64,000 nt of DNA, taken from positions 72,060 through 136,059 of the forward strand of contig CAYGGE010000002.1 of the NCBI GenBank assembly GCA_964349485.1, in the 5' to 3' direction. Shown here piece by piece: positions 47,884-57,968 of the stretch (its first letter is position 1; each line of letters begins with the position of its first letter). Source of the DNA: an uncultured Candidatus Saccharibacteria bacterium. Lineage in GTDB: Bacteria > Patescibacteriota > UBA1384 > CAYGGE01. A program made the position numbers and the translations under genes. Below the pieces are notes generated by a model. It worked only from the letters and a program-made list of their open reading frames with translations, was not told where the DNA came from and searched no databases.

Positions 47884-49428
47884 TCAATGTGATTGCTCCT
47901 GTTCGATCAACGATTGGCCAGTCATGGAGCTTGGAGGCTCCAGTTTGAGCATGTCCAGGATCGTTGGTGCAACATCTTTGAGCCCTCCGCCATCACGTAG
48001 CTTCGTCCGACTGGCGTTTTCAATAACAATGCAAGGCACTGGGTTCGCAGTGTGCGCCGTATGTGCCTCACCGGTAACAGGATCAACCATCTGTTCTGCG
48101 TTGCCGTGGTCAGCACTGATGAAAAGAGCGCCATTATGGGCAAGTACTTCCTTCACTAATCGGCCAAGCTCTACATCAAGCGTTTCGACAGCTTCGATGA
48201 TGGCGGGCTGATTGGCCGTATGCCCGACCATATCAGCGTTCGCATAGTTAACGAATATGAAATCAGTTGAGTCAAGCTTCTCGAGTGCGGTGTCGGTGAT
48301 CGTTTGTGCTCTCATCTCTGGCGCTAAATCTGGTGTCTTGAATTCTTTATTACTAGGGATCAACAAAAACTCTTCACCGTTGTGGGCGGTCTCTTGACCC
48401 CCATTCAGGAAATAGGTGGCATGAGCATATTTTTCTGTTTCAGCGATATGGATTTGTTTCAATCCTGCCTCGGCGATTATTTCCGCTAAGGAGGTCGCGA
48501 CCTTGACTGGACTATAGGCAACGATATTGTGACAGTCGATGCCGTAATCTGTCATGGTTACAAAGTTAAGATCCATCGCTTGAACTTGCTCGCCGATCTT
48601 TTGCGATAGTTGACGGGCACGATCGGGGCGGAAATTGGTGAAGATGATCCCGTCGTGCTGATTGACCGTATAGGCCGTGCCGTCTGGCTTATGAATAATG
48701 TACGGTTCAATCATCTCGTCATATTCATGGCGAGCGTAGCACGAACTAGCCGTGTTCGAGGGTGTGTCGCCGATCGGGCAGATTAAATCAGCCGTTCCAT
48801 GCCAGATGGCATTGAAGGCCTTGTCGGTTCGGTCCCAGTTCTTATCGCGATCCATGCTCCAATAGCGACCACTCATAGTCGCAATCGCGCCTACCCCGAT
48901 TTCGTGTAACAATGCTTCGAGCTTACCTAGCGAATCTTGGCCTTCTGTCCGGCTACAGTCGCGCCCGTCGAGAAAGGCATGAACGACGAGTTTTTTTACA
49001 CCTTTTTTGGCGGCCACTCGTATCGTTTCGAATAGGTGATTTTCATGAGAGTGAACACCGCCACAACTTAACAGACCAATCACATGAAGCTGGCTATCGT
49101 GTTGCCTCACATGATCAATGGCGCCAGCTATGGCCGGATTATGCTCGAACTGTCCGCTGGCGATTTCGTGATCGATACGCACAAGATCTTGATATATTAC
49201 GGCCCCAGTACCGATGGTCATGTGCCCAACCTCACTGTTGCCCATCTGCCCTTTAGGTAAACCCACGGCTTCACCAGAAGCCTGAAGGGTGGTGTAAGGG
49301 TATGTCTGAACAAAGTGGTCGTAATTTGGCGTTTGGGCTACGTCGATACCATTGGTCGGTCCAGGTTTAGCCACTCCCCAGCCATCGAGTATAACTAGGA
49401 CGACTGGCTTAGGTCGTTGATCATTCAT
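47884..49428 (-). CDS. gpmI: 2,3-bisphosphoglycerate-independent phosphoglycerate mutase
   Basis: VVLVILDGWG N-terminus. 514 aa. Metal-binding HGNAE and DHG motifs. Confidence 0.9.
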   Translation of the reverse strand: MNDQRPKPVVLVILDGWGVAKPGPTNGIDVAQTPNYDHFVQTYPYTTLQASGEAVGLPKGQMGNSEVGHMTIGTGAVIYQDLVRIDHEIASGQFEHNPAIAGAIDHVRQHDSQLHVIGLLSCGGVHSHENHLFETIRVAAKKGVKKLVVHAFLDGRDCSRTEGQDSLGKLEALLHEIGVGAIATMSGRYWSMDRDKNWDRTDKAFNAIWHGTADLICPIGDTPSNTASSCYARHEYDEMIEPYIIHKPDGTAYTVNQHDGIIFTNFRPDRARQLSQKIGEQVQAMDLNFVTMTDYGIDCHNIVAYSPVKVATSLAEIIAEAGLKQIHIAETEKYAHATYFLNGGQETAHNGEEFLLIPSNKEFKTPDLAPEMRAQTITDTALEKLDSTDFIFVNYANADMVGHTANQPAIIEAVETLDVELGRLVKEVLAHNGALFISADHGNAEQMVDPVTGEAHTAHTANPVPCIVIENASRTKLRDGGGLKDVAPTILDMLKLEPPSSMTGQSLIEQEQSH

Positions 49429-49454
49429 GCTCGCCTCTACTTAATTAATGAAAA

Positions 49455-50738
49455 CTAGCGTTGAAACGCGTTCAAGCCAGCATATTTCGCATTATCCCCT
49501 AAACTCTCTTCGATGCGCAGTAGTTGATTGTACTTGGCAATTCTATCAGTTCGTGAAAGCGAACCCGTTTTAATCTGTCCTGTGCCTAAGCCAACGGCTA
49601 GATCGGCAATTGTAGTATCTTCAGTTTCTCCTGAGCGGTGAGAGATTATCACAGCAAACCCATTATTCCTAGCTAGATCAACTGTCTCGATGGTTTCGGT
49701 GACTGTGCCGATCTGATTAAGTTTGATCAGAATTGCGTTAGTCGCCTTAAGGCCTATGCCTTTTTGTAGAAACTTTGGATTAGTCACAAAGAGATCGTCC
49801 CCTACTATCTGGATTTGTCGACCCATCTGTTCAGTCATGGACTGATAGCCAGTCCAGTCGGCCTCGTTAAGCGGATCTTCGATCGAAACAATCGGGTAGG
49901 CATTAACCCAGCGTTTATAGAGCTCAATAAGTTCACTAGTCGTAAACTGACAATTCTCCAGAGAAAATTGATAGGCGTTCGAGCTATACAGCTCACTGGC
50001 CGCTACATCGAGAGCGAAGACGATGTCCTTACCCAAATCGTAGCCGGCATCTTTAGTTGCTTGGCTAAGCAGTGTGAACGCCGCCTCATTTTCTTTGAGT
50101 GGAGGCGCAAAACCGCCCTCATCACCAACGGTTGTGCTGTGGCCGGATTGCTTGAGAATTGATTTAAGGGCAGAGAAGACCTCGGCCCCCATACGTAAGG
50201 CCTCTTTGAAAGTTCTGGCGCCAACCGGGAGGATCATGAACTCCTGGATGTCAGTCGATTGGTCGGCATGTTTACCACCATTAATCACATTGATGAGTGG
50301 TACGGGCAGTTGATAGCTACGAGGTGCGGTGCTTGAAAGACTCTGAAAGTAGGCGTATAGGGGAAGTTTTCGACTGGTCGCAATAGCTTTGGCTAAGGCC
50401 ATGGAAACGCTAAGTATCGCATTGGCTCCAAGATGACTCTTGTTGTCCGTGCCATCAAGGTGAATTAATAAATTGTCGATGATTGACTGCTCTGCCTCTT
50501 TTCCGATCAATTCTTTGGCGATAATTTCGTTAACGTTATGTATCGCTTTTTTTACTCCTCTTCCGTTGTAGCGAGCATCTGCATCGCGTAACTCAATTGC
50601 TTCGTGACTGCCGACAGATGCTCCAGATGGCACAGAAGCCCGACCGAAAGACCCATCGCTGAGTGACAAGTCAACCTCCACGGTAGGAGTGCCGCGTGAA
50701 TCAAGTATTTCTCGCCCTAAGATATGTGTAATTATGAT
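49455..50738 (-). CDS. eno: Enolase. The start codon is non-canonical or missing (see findings).
   Basis: SHEAIELRD, DDLFVTN, and SHRSGETED motifs are present. The conserved N-terminal ILGREILDSRGTPTVEV is encoded upstream of the first GTG. AGGGAG lies 6 nt before an in-frame ATC. Confidence 0.85.
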   Translation of the reverse strand: MIITHILGREILDSRGTPTVEVDLSLSDGSFGRASVPSGASVGSHEAIELRDADARYNGRGVKKAIHNVNEIIAKELIGKEAEQSIIDNLLIHLDGTDNKSHLGANAILSVSMALAKAIATSRKLPLYAYFQSLSSTAPRSYQLPVPLINVINGGKHADQSTDIQEFMILPVGARTFKEALRMGAEVFSALKSILKQSGHSTTVGDEGGFAPPLKENEAAFTLLSQATKDAGYDLGKDIVFALDVAASELYSSNAYQFSLENCQFTTSELIELYKRWVNAYPIVSIEDPLNEADWTGYQSMTEQMGRQIQIVGDDLFVTNPKFLQKGIGLKATNAILIKLNQIGTVTETIETVDLARNNGFAVIISHRSGETEDTTIADLAVGLGTGQIKTGSLSRTDRIAKYNQLLRIEESLGDNAKYAGLNAFQR

Positions 50739-50848
50739 AGCTAACTCCCTATCGTTACCATACTACTTTTTTAGCCGTTTGTAAGTCTAGGTGGCTGACC
50801 AAAACGGCCAACCATGAAATATGTATATCTGCTAGAAAAATCGTCGAT

Positions 50849-52627
50849 CTAGTCGATAGCCTGCTCTAACCTGGTAATAAATTCTCCAATAACTGACAGA
50901 CCGTCTTCCCAGAAATCTGGTCGGCTAATGTCTAATCCGACTATTGCCAAACTCTCTTTAGGGGTTAGTGAACCACCGGCACGGAGGATGTCCAGATAGG
51001 CTGGGACGAAGGCATTACCTTGTTCCTTATATTGTTTGTATAGGGCCAAGACACATAATTGAGCAAAGGCGTACGAATATACATAAAATGGCATTTCGAA
51101 GATGTGATTGACATACATCCAGGTATTTTTGTGCTCGTCGGTGTATGTTAATGCAGCTTTAAATGGGGCTTTCATCGTCTCATGCCAGAGGTTGTCGATC
51201 TCGTCTTTCGATAACTCCCCTTCTTTCCGGCGGAGTTCGTGAACCGCTTGCTCAAATCGGAACATCGTCGTTTGGCGGAAAACAGTGGCGAAGGTGCCTT
51301 CAATATGAGCCATGAGTAGCGTAGTTTTGTCGTCCTTACTAATGTTCGGATCGCCAATCAGTTTTTCAAATAGTAGAGTCTCGCCGAACACACTGGCAAT
51401 CTCAGCCAGGGCCAAGGAGGGGTGAATCTCGAGAAAGACATTCTTTTGCGCGGCTAGAACGTCGTGAATCGCGTGCCCTAACTCATGAGCCAGGGTCATG
51501 ACGTCACGGGGCGAATTGGTATGATTCAATAAGACGTAGGGATATAGATCAGTGTCGCCAAAGGCACAGAAGGCCCCACCACGCTTCGTTTTTCCCGGGA
51601 ACCAGTCGATATGCTCTTTCTCGTACATCTGCCGTACTATTTCAGCCATCTCCGGAGAAAAATCTCCATAGGCATGTTCTACCATGGTCTTAGCCTCTTC
51701 GGCATTAATCTCCGCCTTAGTTTCGGGGAGCGGCGCGTAGCGGTCATACCAATGTAACGTATCAGTCTTTAAGATCTTCTTCTTAAGGTTGTAGTAGCGT
51801 GTGACTAGGCTGTACGACTGCTCTACAGCAGTAGCCATGGCCAGGACGGTCGGCTTGTCGACGTTGTCCGACATGAATCGGGATTGCTCGGGAAACTCAT
51901 ACTGACGTAACCGGTCGGTCATCGCTTTGTCTTGGAGTAACGAGTTGAAAATGGCCGGCGTAGTCTGATCGTTTTTTGCCAGGCTCTTATGGAGAACTAT
52001 GGCGGCTTGCTGGCGAGTAGAGGCATCGGAACTATGAAACTGAGTTAGTAATTCTTCAAGGGTGATCGTCTTACCGTTCCAATCACATTCTAGCGTGTCA
52101 GTCGTGATTTCGAATAGATGAGTTAAAGCCTGCCAACTGGTCTGGCTCTTGTCTGCTAGAATCTTCTCTTCGGGCTCGGATAGGACATGCTTCGAAGCCT
52201 CGTACTGTTCTCTAATAAAGTGTTTATATGGCGATAGAATGTCTGCTTTAAGATACTCTTGCCAGCGATCTCTAGGGATCTGGGCTAGTTCTACTTGAAT
52301 AAAGATCGTCTGCTTGGCACGATCGATGATTTGCTCGTCGATCTTTTTTCGAAACCGAGTTATTTCATTTACACCAATGTTGGTACTCTCTAGGAGGCTG
52401 GCAAAGAGATCAATGCGGTGGAAGATGCGGCTCAACTGTTCCCAGGTGGTAATCAGTTGATGCAGATCGGATGATGTGAGATTGGTGATCTTACCTCGAT
52501 ACATATCAAGGGTTTTGATCAGTGCGTCTGCTTCGTTTAACGATGTCGCAATAGCTGGGTCGTTTACTCCAGCATAGAGATCAGTCAGCCGCCATTTTGT
52601 TGACTTAGTTTTAGTATCCATTATCAT
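50849..52627 (-). CDS. pepF: Oligoendopeptidase F (M3B family)
   Basis: HELGHAIH zinc motif. About 590 aa. Confidence 0.8.
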   Translation of the reverse strand: MIMDTKTKSTKWRLTDLYAGVNDPAIATSLNEADALIKTLDMYRGKITNLTSSDLHQLITTWEQLSRIFHRIDLFASLLESTNIGVNEITRFRKKIDEQIIDRAKQTIFIQVELAQIPRDRWQEYLKADILSPYKHFIREQYEASKHVLSEPEEKILADKSQTSWQALTHLFEITTDTLECDWNGKTITLEELLTQFHSSDASTRQQAAIVLHKSLAKNDQTTPAIFNSLLQDKAMTDRLRQYEFPEQSRFMSDNVDKPTVLAMATAVEQSYSLVTRYYNLKKKILKTDTLHWYDRYAPLPETKAEINAEEAKTMVEHAYGDFSPEMAEIVRQMYEKEHIDWFPGKTKRGGAFCAFGDTDLYPYVLLNHTNSPRDVMTLAHELGHAIHDVLAAQKNVFLEIHPSLALAEIASVFGETLLFEKLIGDPNISKDDKTTLLMAHIEGTFATVFRQTTMFRFEQAVHELRRKEGELSKDEIDNLWHETMKAPFKAALTYTDEHKNTWMYVNHIFEMPFYVYSYAFAQLCVLALYKQYKEQGNAFVPAYLDILRAGGSLTPKESLAIVGLDISRPDFWEDGLSVIGEFITRLEQAID

Positions 52628-52691
52628 AATATACGGATCAAATGTGAACCTGTAAACAGTCTGTGGCTATACCACGAGGAGTAAGTATGGG

Positions 52692-52976
52692 TTAGGCTAG
52701 TGCCGCGTTCAAGTGCTTGGTTAGATCTTCTTTTGATTGATAGCCAATTAAAACCTGAACAACCCTATCATCTTTGACAATGTGGATCGTTGGTATACTC
52801 ATGATCCCTGCGGCGTTAGCTCGTTCTACTTCCTTGTCAACGTCGACTTTTTCGAACTCTACTTTTCCTTTATAATCCTTTTCAATTTCCTCAAAGACTG
52901 GCTCCATAGCTTTACACGGTCCGCACCAGTGGGCGAAGTGATCGATCAGTTTTACATTTGGCTTGGTGTCAGGCAT
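52692..52976 (-). CDS. trxA: Thioredoxin
   Basis: WCGPCK active site. 94 aa. Confidence 0.85.
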   Translation of the reverse strand: MPDTKPNVKLIDHFAHWCGPCKAMEPVFEEIEKDYKGKVEFEKVDVDKEVERANAAGIMSIPTIHIVKDDRVVQVLIGYQSKEDLTKHLNAALA

Positions 52977-53037
52977 GCTCCTCCTTCGTCCGAATAATAA
53001 TTATGAGTATCAATTGTATATCTACGGGCTACTTTGA

Positions 53038-53586
53038 TCAAGCGACCTTTACTGCGACATTTTTTGTCTTTGGAAATGAAAACAGCGAGATTTTACTCAT
53101 GGCAAGTTCGTACGCTCCAAACAAGACACCGGTGTATAACAGATCGCCGACTAATGAGTTGCGGAAAAACGGTAAGGCTAGAATATAACTTTCGAGGAGT
53201 CCGGTGAGATTTTTGGTGTACATGGGGGTAAATGCCCAGACGGCAGCGTTGGTGGCGAGGTAGAAAATAATCGAACCGGCAACTGAAGCGGCGGCAATCG
53301 TACTGAGCTTGTAGTGTCTATGAACCAGCAGACCGATCCCAAAACTTACTGCAAAGCTAACATAGACTGCGACCATGACTTCCCAGGTATAAAAACCGAT
53401 GAACGCATCTGAGATCAATAAGGCAACGATCGGGGCGAGACCGGCCAATAGTCTAGCTCTGGCCGATTGAGCTTGCCAGGCGGTAGCCCCAGCAAACAAT
53501 GCTAGTGCAGCGACGGGTGTGATATTGGCAGCATGTGGGACTAAACGACCAGCGACCACAAAAACAATGAGGAAGAGATAAAGCAT
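53038..53586 (-). CDS. Integral membrane protein (possible ECF-transporter S-component-like substrate binder)
   Basis: 182 aa with 5-6 TM helices. It lies adjacent to the DUF4430/prenyltransferase-repeat cluster. The family call is speculative. Confidence 0.35.
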   Translation of the reverse strand: MLYLFLIVFVVAGRLVPHAANITPVAALALFAGATAWQAQSARARLLAGLAPIVALLISDAFIGFYTWEVMVAVYVSFAVSFGIGLLVHRHYKLSTIAAASVAGSIIFYLATNAAVWAFTPMYTKNLTGLLESYILALPFFRNSLVGDLLYTGVLFGAYELAMSKISLFSFPKTKNVAVKVA

Positions 53587-53748
53587 CGGAGCTCCTATGA
53601 AATATTAGTAAAGCAGTGAGCTGTACGTCGCCACTAAGCCGATAATGATGATCACCACAATGATCCATACAACAGTTTTTTTCATACCACTCCTTAACGT
53701 AATTACTTTAGATATCGTAGCGGTTTTAGGGTCCTGACGCAAATTGGC

Positions 53749-55221
53749 TTAAGAGAACCGACTAGCTGTCCCCCAGCCTACTAAACCCAGTCCAGCGACG
53801 ATCATAGCAGATGCGATTTGCCAGCCGTTAGACGGCTCAACCTCCTTATTTTGACCCAGAACTGTGGGATCTGAATTCGCCATCTTGTGATCGTCTGCTT
53901 GGCTTGGCTTCTCGGTTGCTGGCAGTGCTGTGGCTAAGCTCACCTCTACGGCAGTTGGTTGTGCAATATCCCTTACGGTTGAGACTATCTGGTTAAGCAC
54001 TGTTCTCTCCGATGGTTGAGGCGATGGCGTTACGGTTACGAAGGCAACCACAGTTGGGGCTGGCGTGGGTGTAACCGAAGGATTGAGCGATGGAGCCGGT
54101 GAGGGTGAGGTGGCTGGTGTGGGGGTAGAGGTAGAGATTACTGTTGGAGTTGGCGAGGTTTTGATAGTGGGTGTTGGACTTGGCGTAGGTGGCTGCGTTG
54201 CTGTGACAGTTGGCGAAGGACTAGCGGTCGGTTCCTCAGTCGGAAATTGACTTGGCGCGGGAGTAGGCGTTGGTTCCGCACTCGGCGTTGACGATGGATT
54301 GGGTGATGTTGTGACAATCACCGCTACCGGTAAAGCTTTGCCGGCAAAGGCAATTGCGGCAAATGAGCTAGTAAACGAGTCAGGTTCGTTACCTGGTCCC
54401 CAACTAACGCCCCCACTCTCATTCTGTAGTGTAGTCAGATAATCAATCGGATTAGCCCCATTGCGCACCCAACTGTATGGATCTTCGCCGAGTGAACGAA
54501 TTGCGCTGATTACCCAAGCGGTACTTGAACCGTCGGCCATAGAACTAGCCACAAACGGGAAACCACCCGAATCTTTTTGAAGGGAGATCAAATAATCACG
54601 GGCGCCCTCACGATCGTAAGTGTCGGTCCAACCGCGATGTAAGGCCAGTTCAAGCGCTTGGATGGCGACTGCTGTGTTATTACTATCCCCATTGCCCTCA
54701 CTACTCCAGCTGAACGAACCGTTAGGCTGTTGATGACTGACCAGATAATTCAGGCTGTTAGACACCACTGGATCAGTGATCGACTCATTGGCCGCAATTA
54801 AGGCCAAGATGCCGAAAATATCATCATTGAGTAGCTCAGGCGAGCCGATTTGATTGTCTTGAGTCTTAGACTTTAAGGTGGCGACGAGGTCGGTGTTGCC
54901 AAAGTTTTTCGGATCTCGACCACCGGCGATGACTGCTAAAATAGTCCGTTCGAGGTCAGTTGCGGGCGCGTTTGCCATGTCACCAAGGTTATCTTCAAGA
55001 TATGCCACGGTTTGATTGCTACTTAGTCCGTTGGCTGACAGAGCCTGTAAGGCCCAACTGGAAAAGCCGACCCCACCAATGCTCCCACTTGGCTCACGCA
55101 AAGAAAGTAGGTAGTTGGCAGCCTTTTCTGCTTGTGGTGCACTGGTCTCGGTCGCTACTACATAGCTTGAGATACCGAGCGTCAAAACGATGAGGAGTGA
55201 AATTATAAATAGTTTTTGCAT
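53749..55221 (-). CDS. Surface protein with prenyltransferase/squalene-hopene-cyclase-type alpha-alpha-toroid repeats, a Pro/Thr-rich stalk and a C-terminal TM anchor
   Basis: Signal peptide present. Repeats QQPNGSF, LQKDSGGF, and QNESGGVSW (the Q-x-x-x-G-x-W/F repeat class). A PT-rich linker of about 110 aa. C-terminal hydrophobic anchor. Confidence 0.55.
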   Translation of the reverse strand: MQKLFIISLLIVLTLGISSYVVATETSAPQAEKAANYLLSLREPSGSIGGVGFSSWALQALSANGLSSNQTVAYLEDNLGDMANAPATDLERTILAVIAGGRDPKNFGNTDLVATLKSKTQDNQIGSPELLNDDIFGILALIAANESITDPVVSNSLNYLVSHQQPNGSFSWSSEGNGDSNNTAVAIQALELALHRGWTDTYDREGARDYLISLQKDSGGFPFVASSMADGSSTAWVISAIRSLGEDPYSWVRNGANPIDYLTTLQNESGGVSWGPGNEPDSFTSSFAAIAFAGKALPVAVIVTTSPNPSSTPSAEPTPTPAPSQFPTEEPTASPSPTVTATQPPTPSPTPTIKTSPTPTVISTSTPTPATSPSPAPSLNPSVTPTPAPTVVAFVTVTPSPQPSERTVLNQIVSTVRDIAQPTAVEVSLATALPATEKPSQADDHKMANSDPTVLGQNKEVEPSNGWQIASAMIVAGLGLVGWGTASRFS

Positions 55222-55281
55222 GAAGGTATATTTATTTTATTCGGTTGGAGGGAGGGCGAGAGGCCCTGCCTCCCGCCCTCA

Positions 55282-55731
55282 TTACGTGTAAGGGCCGTCT
55301 GGGTTGGTGTTCATGAGCAGTACCTGCTGATGAGGTTCCACTATCTGTGTCGATAGCCCAGCACCTGCTCCGAGAATGAAGTACACTGGACTAGCCAGAT
55401 CGACTGGGCGTAGCTGTCTCGGCCCGACGAACAAGCACCAATACTTTCCGGTAGCTGGGTTGTTTTCCATCCCACGAGCACTGGTCAGCATGGTTCCGTT
55501 AACCGACCAATATTGATAGCGAAACACACCGTACTGCACTCGATATTGGCGGTGCATGGACCACAATGCGTCCAGGATTGTGCCACCGCGGTTAATGTAG
55601 ACAGTCCTCGTCAGAGGCCGACCTTCACCTGTGTCGATGGTGATTCGGACGGCCTGCTTGCGGGTCAAGGCCTGACAGGCGCTACTTAGTAAGCTCGACA
55701 GGCATGCGCAAAATAAAAACCGGCGGGTCAT
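55282..55731 (-). CDS. DUF4430-like (transcobalamin-like beta-grasp) secreted protein
   Basis: Signal peptide present. Pattern T.LDAL...Y.V.Y....VN...YW...VG......G...V..GD.V.F. Confidence 0.45.
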   Translation of the reverse strand: MTRRFLFCACLSSLLSSACQALTRKQAVRITIDTGEGRPLTRTVYINRGGTILDALWSMHRQYRVQYGVFRYQYWSVNGTMLTSARGMENNPATGKYWCLFVGPRQLRPVDLASPVYFILGAGAGLSTQIVEPHQQVLLMNTNPDGPYT

Positions 55732-55852
55732 CGTCTTTACCTTTCGACGACAACGGTCCCCTATTGAACCGTTAAGGTGCCCCGAAATAGGATTACTGCT
55801 TCGGGCAAGGAGAAGGAGAATGAATATCCCCTACCCACTTTCCCGATTCAGT

Positions 55853-56488
55853 CTAAGCGCAAGGGCTTTCGGCTTCGTTGGTCAGGAAGAGCTCGATACT
55901 ATCGCTGGCTTTAACCGTCTGGCTGCTGATCCCCTTGGAGACGCAGACATTGTTAACCGTATAGGTCCAGAATCGGTTATTGCCTTGACTCTGGCCATTG
56001 ATTTCGGTGATTAACTCGCCGAGACCAGTGTATGATTGCGTTTTAAAACTGAGACCACTAGTTTTGGCTTGATGTAGGACATCAATAACTTTGACTTCGC
56101 GATCGATTATCACAGTGTAACTGGTACCGGGAACCTTAATAGTGACGTTCTGTTGCTCTATAGGTAGTGCCGTGGGACTACTAGTTTGTGGTTGGTAGTC
56201 TGGTAGCGATACTACAGGGCTGTAGATTGGTAGATTGGTTTCGTTTATGTCGATGGGCAATGAGGCCGCAGTAGCCGTAGTGGTTTTCTTCTGAGTCGGC
56301 TTGGAAGTTGCTGTCCCTTTGACGGTACGGATCGGACTAGCTGTGGCAATAGCCGGTATTGAAACTGAGGGCTCTGGTGAAGGTGTGGCAGATGCCAAAT
56401 GGACCGGCGAATATTGGGGTAGATTGGCGACGTTCTTGTTCTGGTTTCCGCGCAGGCCGTAGATGATCCCACCGATGATCAAAAGCAT
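55853..56488 (-). CDS. DUF4430-like secreted protein with a Ser/Thr/Pro-rich N-terminal linker
   Basis: C-terminal VIDVLHQA...FWTYTVNNV...ASDSIELFL matches DUF4430 conservation. A possible non-AUG start lies upstream (see findings). Confidence 0.45.
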   Translation of the reverse strand: MLLIIGGIIYGLRGNQNKNVANLPQYSPVHLASATPSPEPSVSIPAIATASPIRTVKGTATSKPTQKKTTTATAASLPIDINETNLPIYSPVVSLPDYQPQTSSPTALPIEQQNVTIKVPGTSYTVIIDREVKVIDVLHQAKTSGLSFKTQSYTGLGELITEINGQSQGNNRFWTYTVNNVCVSKGISSQTVKASDSIELFLTNEAESPCA

Positions 56489-56891
56489 GCCCAGGCTGAT
56501 CGCAATGGGGCTAATGGAACTAGATTTGTTTAGTTGATTGTTTATGGTCTGCTCCTAGGAAAGTGGTAAACAAAAAACCTATCTTGAGATAGGCAGATAA
56601 GAACTCCGTTAAAAAAAACGAAAACTCATCTAATGACCTGTCTCGAGGTTTAGAGGGGTTAACCAAACTGGTTTTCTGGCTTAGCGGCAGCTATTTCGAG
56701 CTATGCGAGAAACCTCGTTAAAACGGTAATTTCTCACATAGTTCGAAATAATTCTGACGATTTACAGTAGCGGACCTGTCCTTGATTTACACAAGGTTCC
56801 CAATCGTTTGGTTATAACATGAGGTTAAGGTGCACTTCCTACAGTACTTACTATATATAGCACTGTCAATGATAAATTATCCACAATATAG

Positions 56892-57968
56892 CTATGAACT
56901 TGCTGTGATTGGTGTTTCACGAGACAAAACAGGCCAGCCGATTAATTGTTCAAAATCGTATGGGTGCCAATCAGAGAGTTTTAAGATCACGCTTCTTGGA
57001 CGGTCCATGTCGGCGTATATGCTCCAGTTCGGCTTTGTAATGCCGAAGATACGGGCTGGGTTAGTACTGGTCAACTCAATAATTCGCTCATAACTGATCA
57101 ACTTCTTTGTCATAGCAGTCAATAATAGCGGTAAGGTGAGCTCTAAATTGGCGAAGCCTGAAGGGACCATGTCATAGTCGGTATCCTTCTCCTTGTAGTA
57201 CCAGGCTGCTGTGTCAGAACCAATGGTATCGATCGTGCCGTCCTCAATAGCATCCCATAGGGCTAATCGATCTTCACGGGGTCGAAGGGGTGGATTGACC
57301 TTGCCGTGGGTGCCCAAGCGATCCAGATCGTTTTCATCAAGAAATAAGTGATGCGGCGCCGCCTCAGCAAAGACTCGAATTCCTTTAGCTTTCGCCGCTC
57401 TGATTAGTTCGAGCTCCTCGCCAGTGGAAACATGACAGAGGTAGATTCGTCTGCCTGTTTCTCTGGACGCAGTAATCGCCTTGATGGTGGCACGTACAGC
57501 CGCGACCCGGTCAAATATCTGACCATGATGTTCAAGGGATAGCGGAGCACGAAGATTACTAAAATTACGTATCAAAGTAAACTCGTCTTCAGCATGGATC
57601 ATCACTATTTTATCGGTTGAAAGGAGCACCTGTCGCAGTTGTTCTTCTTTGGTGACGACTAGATCTTCCGGACCGGTACCTAACCAGAGTTTGATCGCAC
57701 TAACCGAGCGTAGTTGCTTGATATCTTCGCTATTCTGATCCGTTGCTACGGCCGTCATGAGCAACTTCGTCGGTAGGTCTTTAGTTAACTTTTCGTAATA
57801 AGCGAGGGTCAGTTTATCTGTTATTGGTGGATCGAGGTCAGGCATAATTTGGAGTGCAGCGTACCCAGCCCGCTTGGCCATTGTTGCAACTTCAAGCCAA
57901 TCCGACGGGTGGCCAGAAACCATGTGAACATGTGGGTCGATCAGAGCTGGTAGTCGTAAGATGGCCAT
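56892..57968 (-). CDS. pyrC: Dihydroorotase-like cyclic amidohydrolase
   Basis: DPHVH metal site, carbamylated-Lys context AIKLW, HAED, and GSDTAAW. Confidence 0.6.
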   Translation of the reverse strand: MAILRLPALIDPHVHMVSGHPSDWLEVATMAKRAGYAALQIMPDLDPPITDKLTLAYYEKLTKDLPTKLLMTAVATDQNSEDIKQLRSVSAIKLWLGTGPEDLVVTKEEQLRQVLLSTDKIVMIHAEDEFTLIRNFSNLRAPLSLEHHGQIFDRVAAVRATIKAITASRETGRRIYLCHVSTGEELELIRAAKAKGIRVFAEAAPHHLFLDENDLDRLGTHGKVNPPLRPREDRLALWDAIEDGTIDTIGSDTAAWYYKEKDTDYDMVPSGFANLELTLPLLLTAMTKKLISYERIIELTSTNPARIFGITKPNWSIYADMDRPRSVILKLSDWHPYDFEQLIGWPVLSRETPITASS

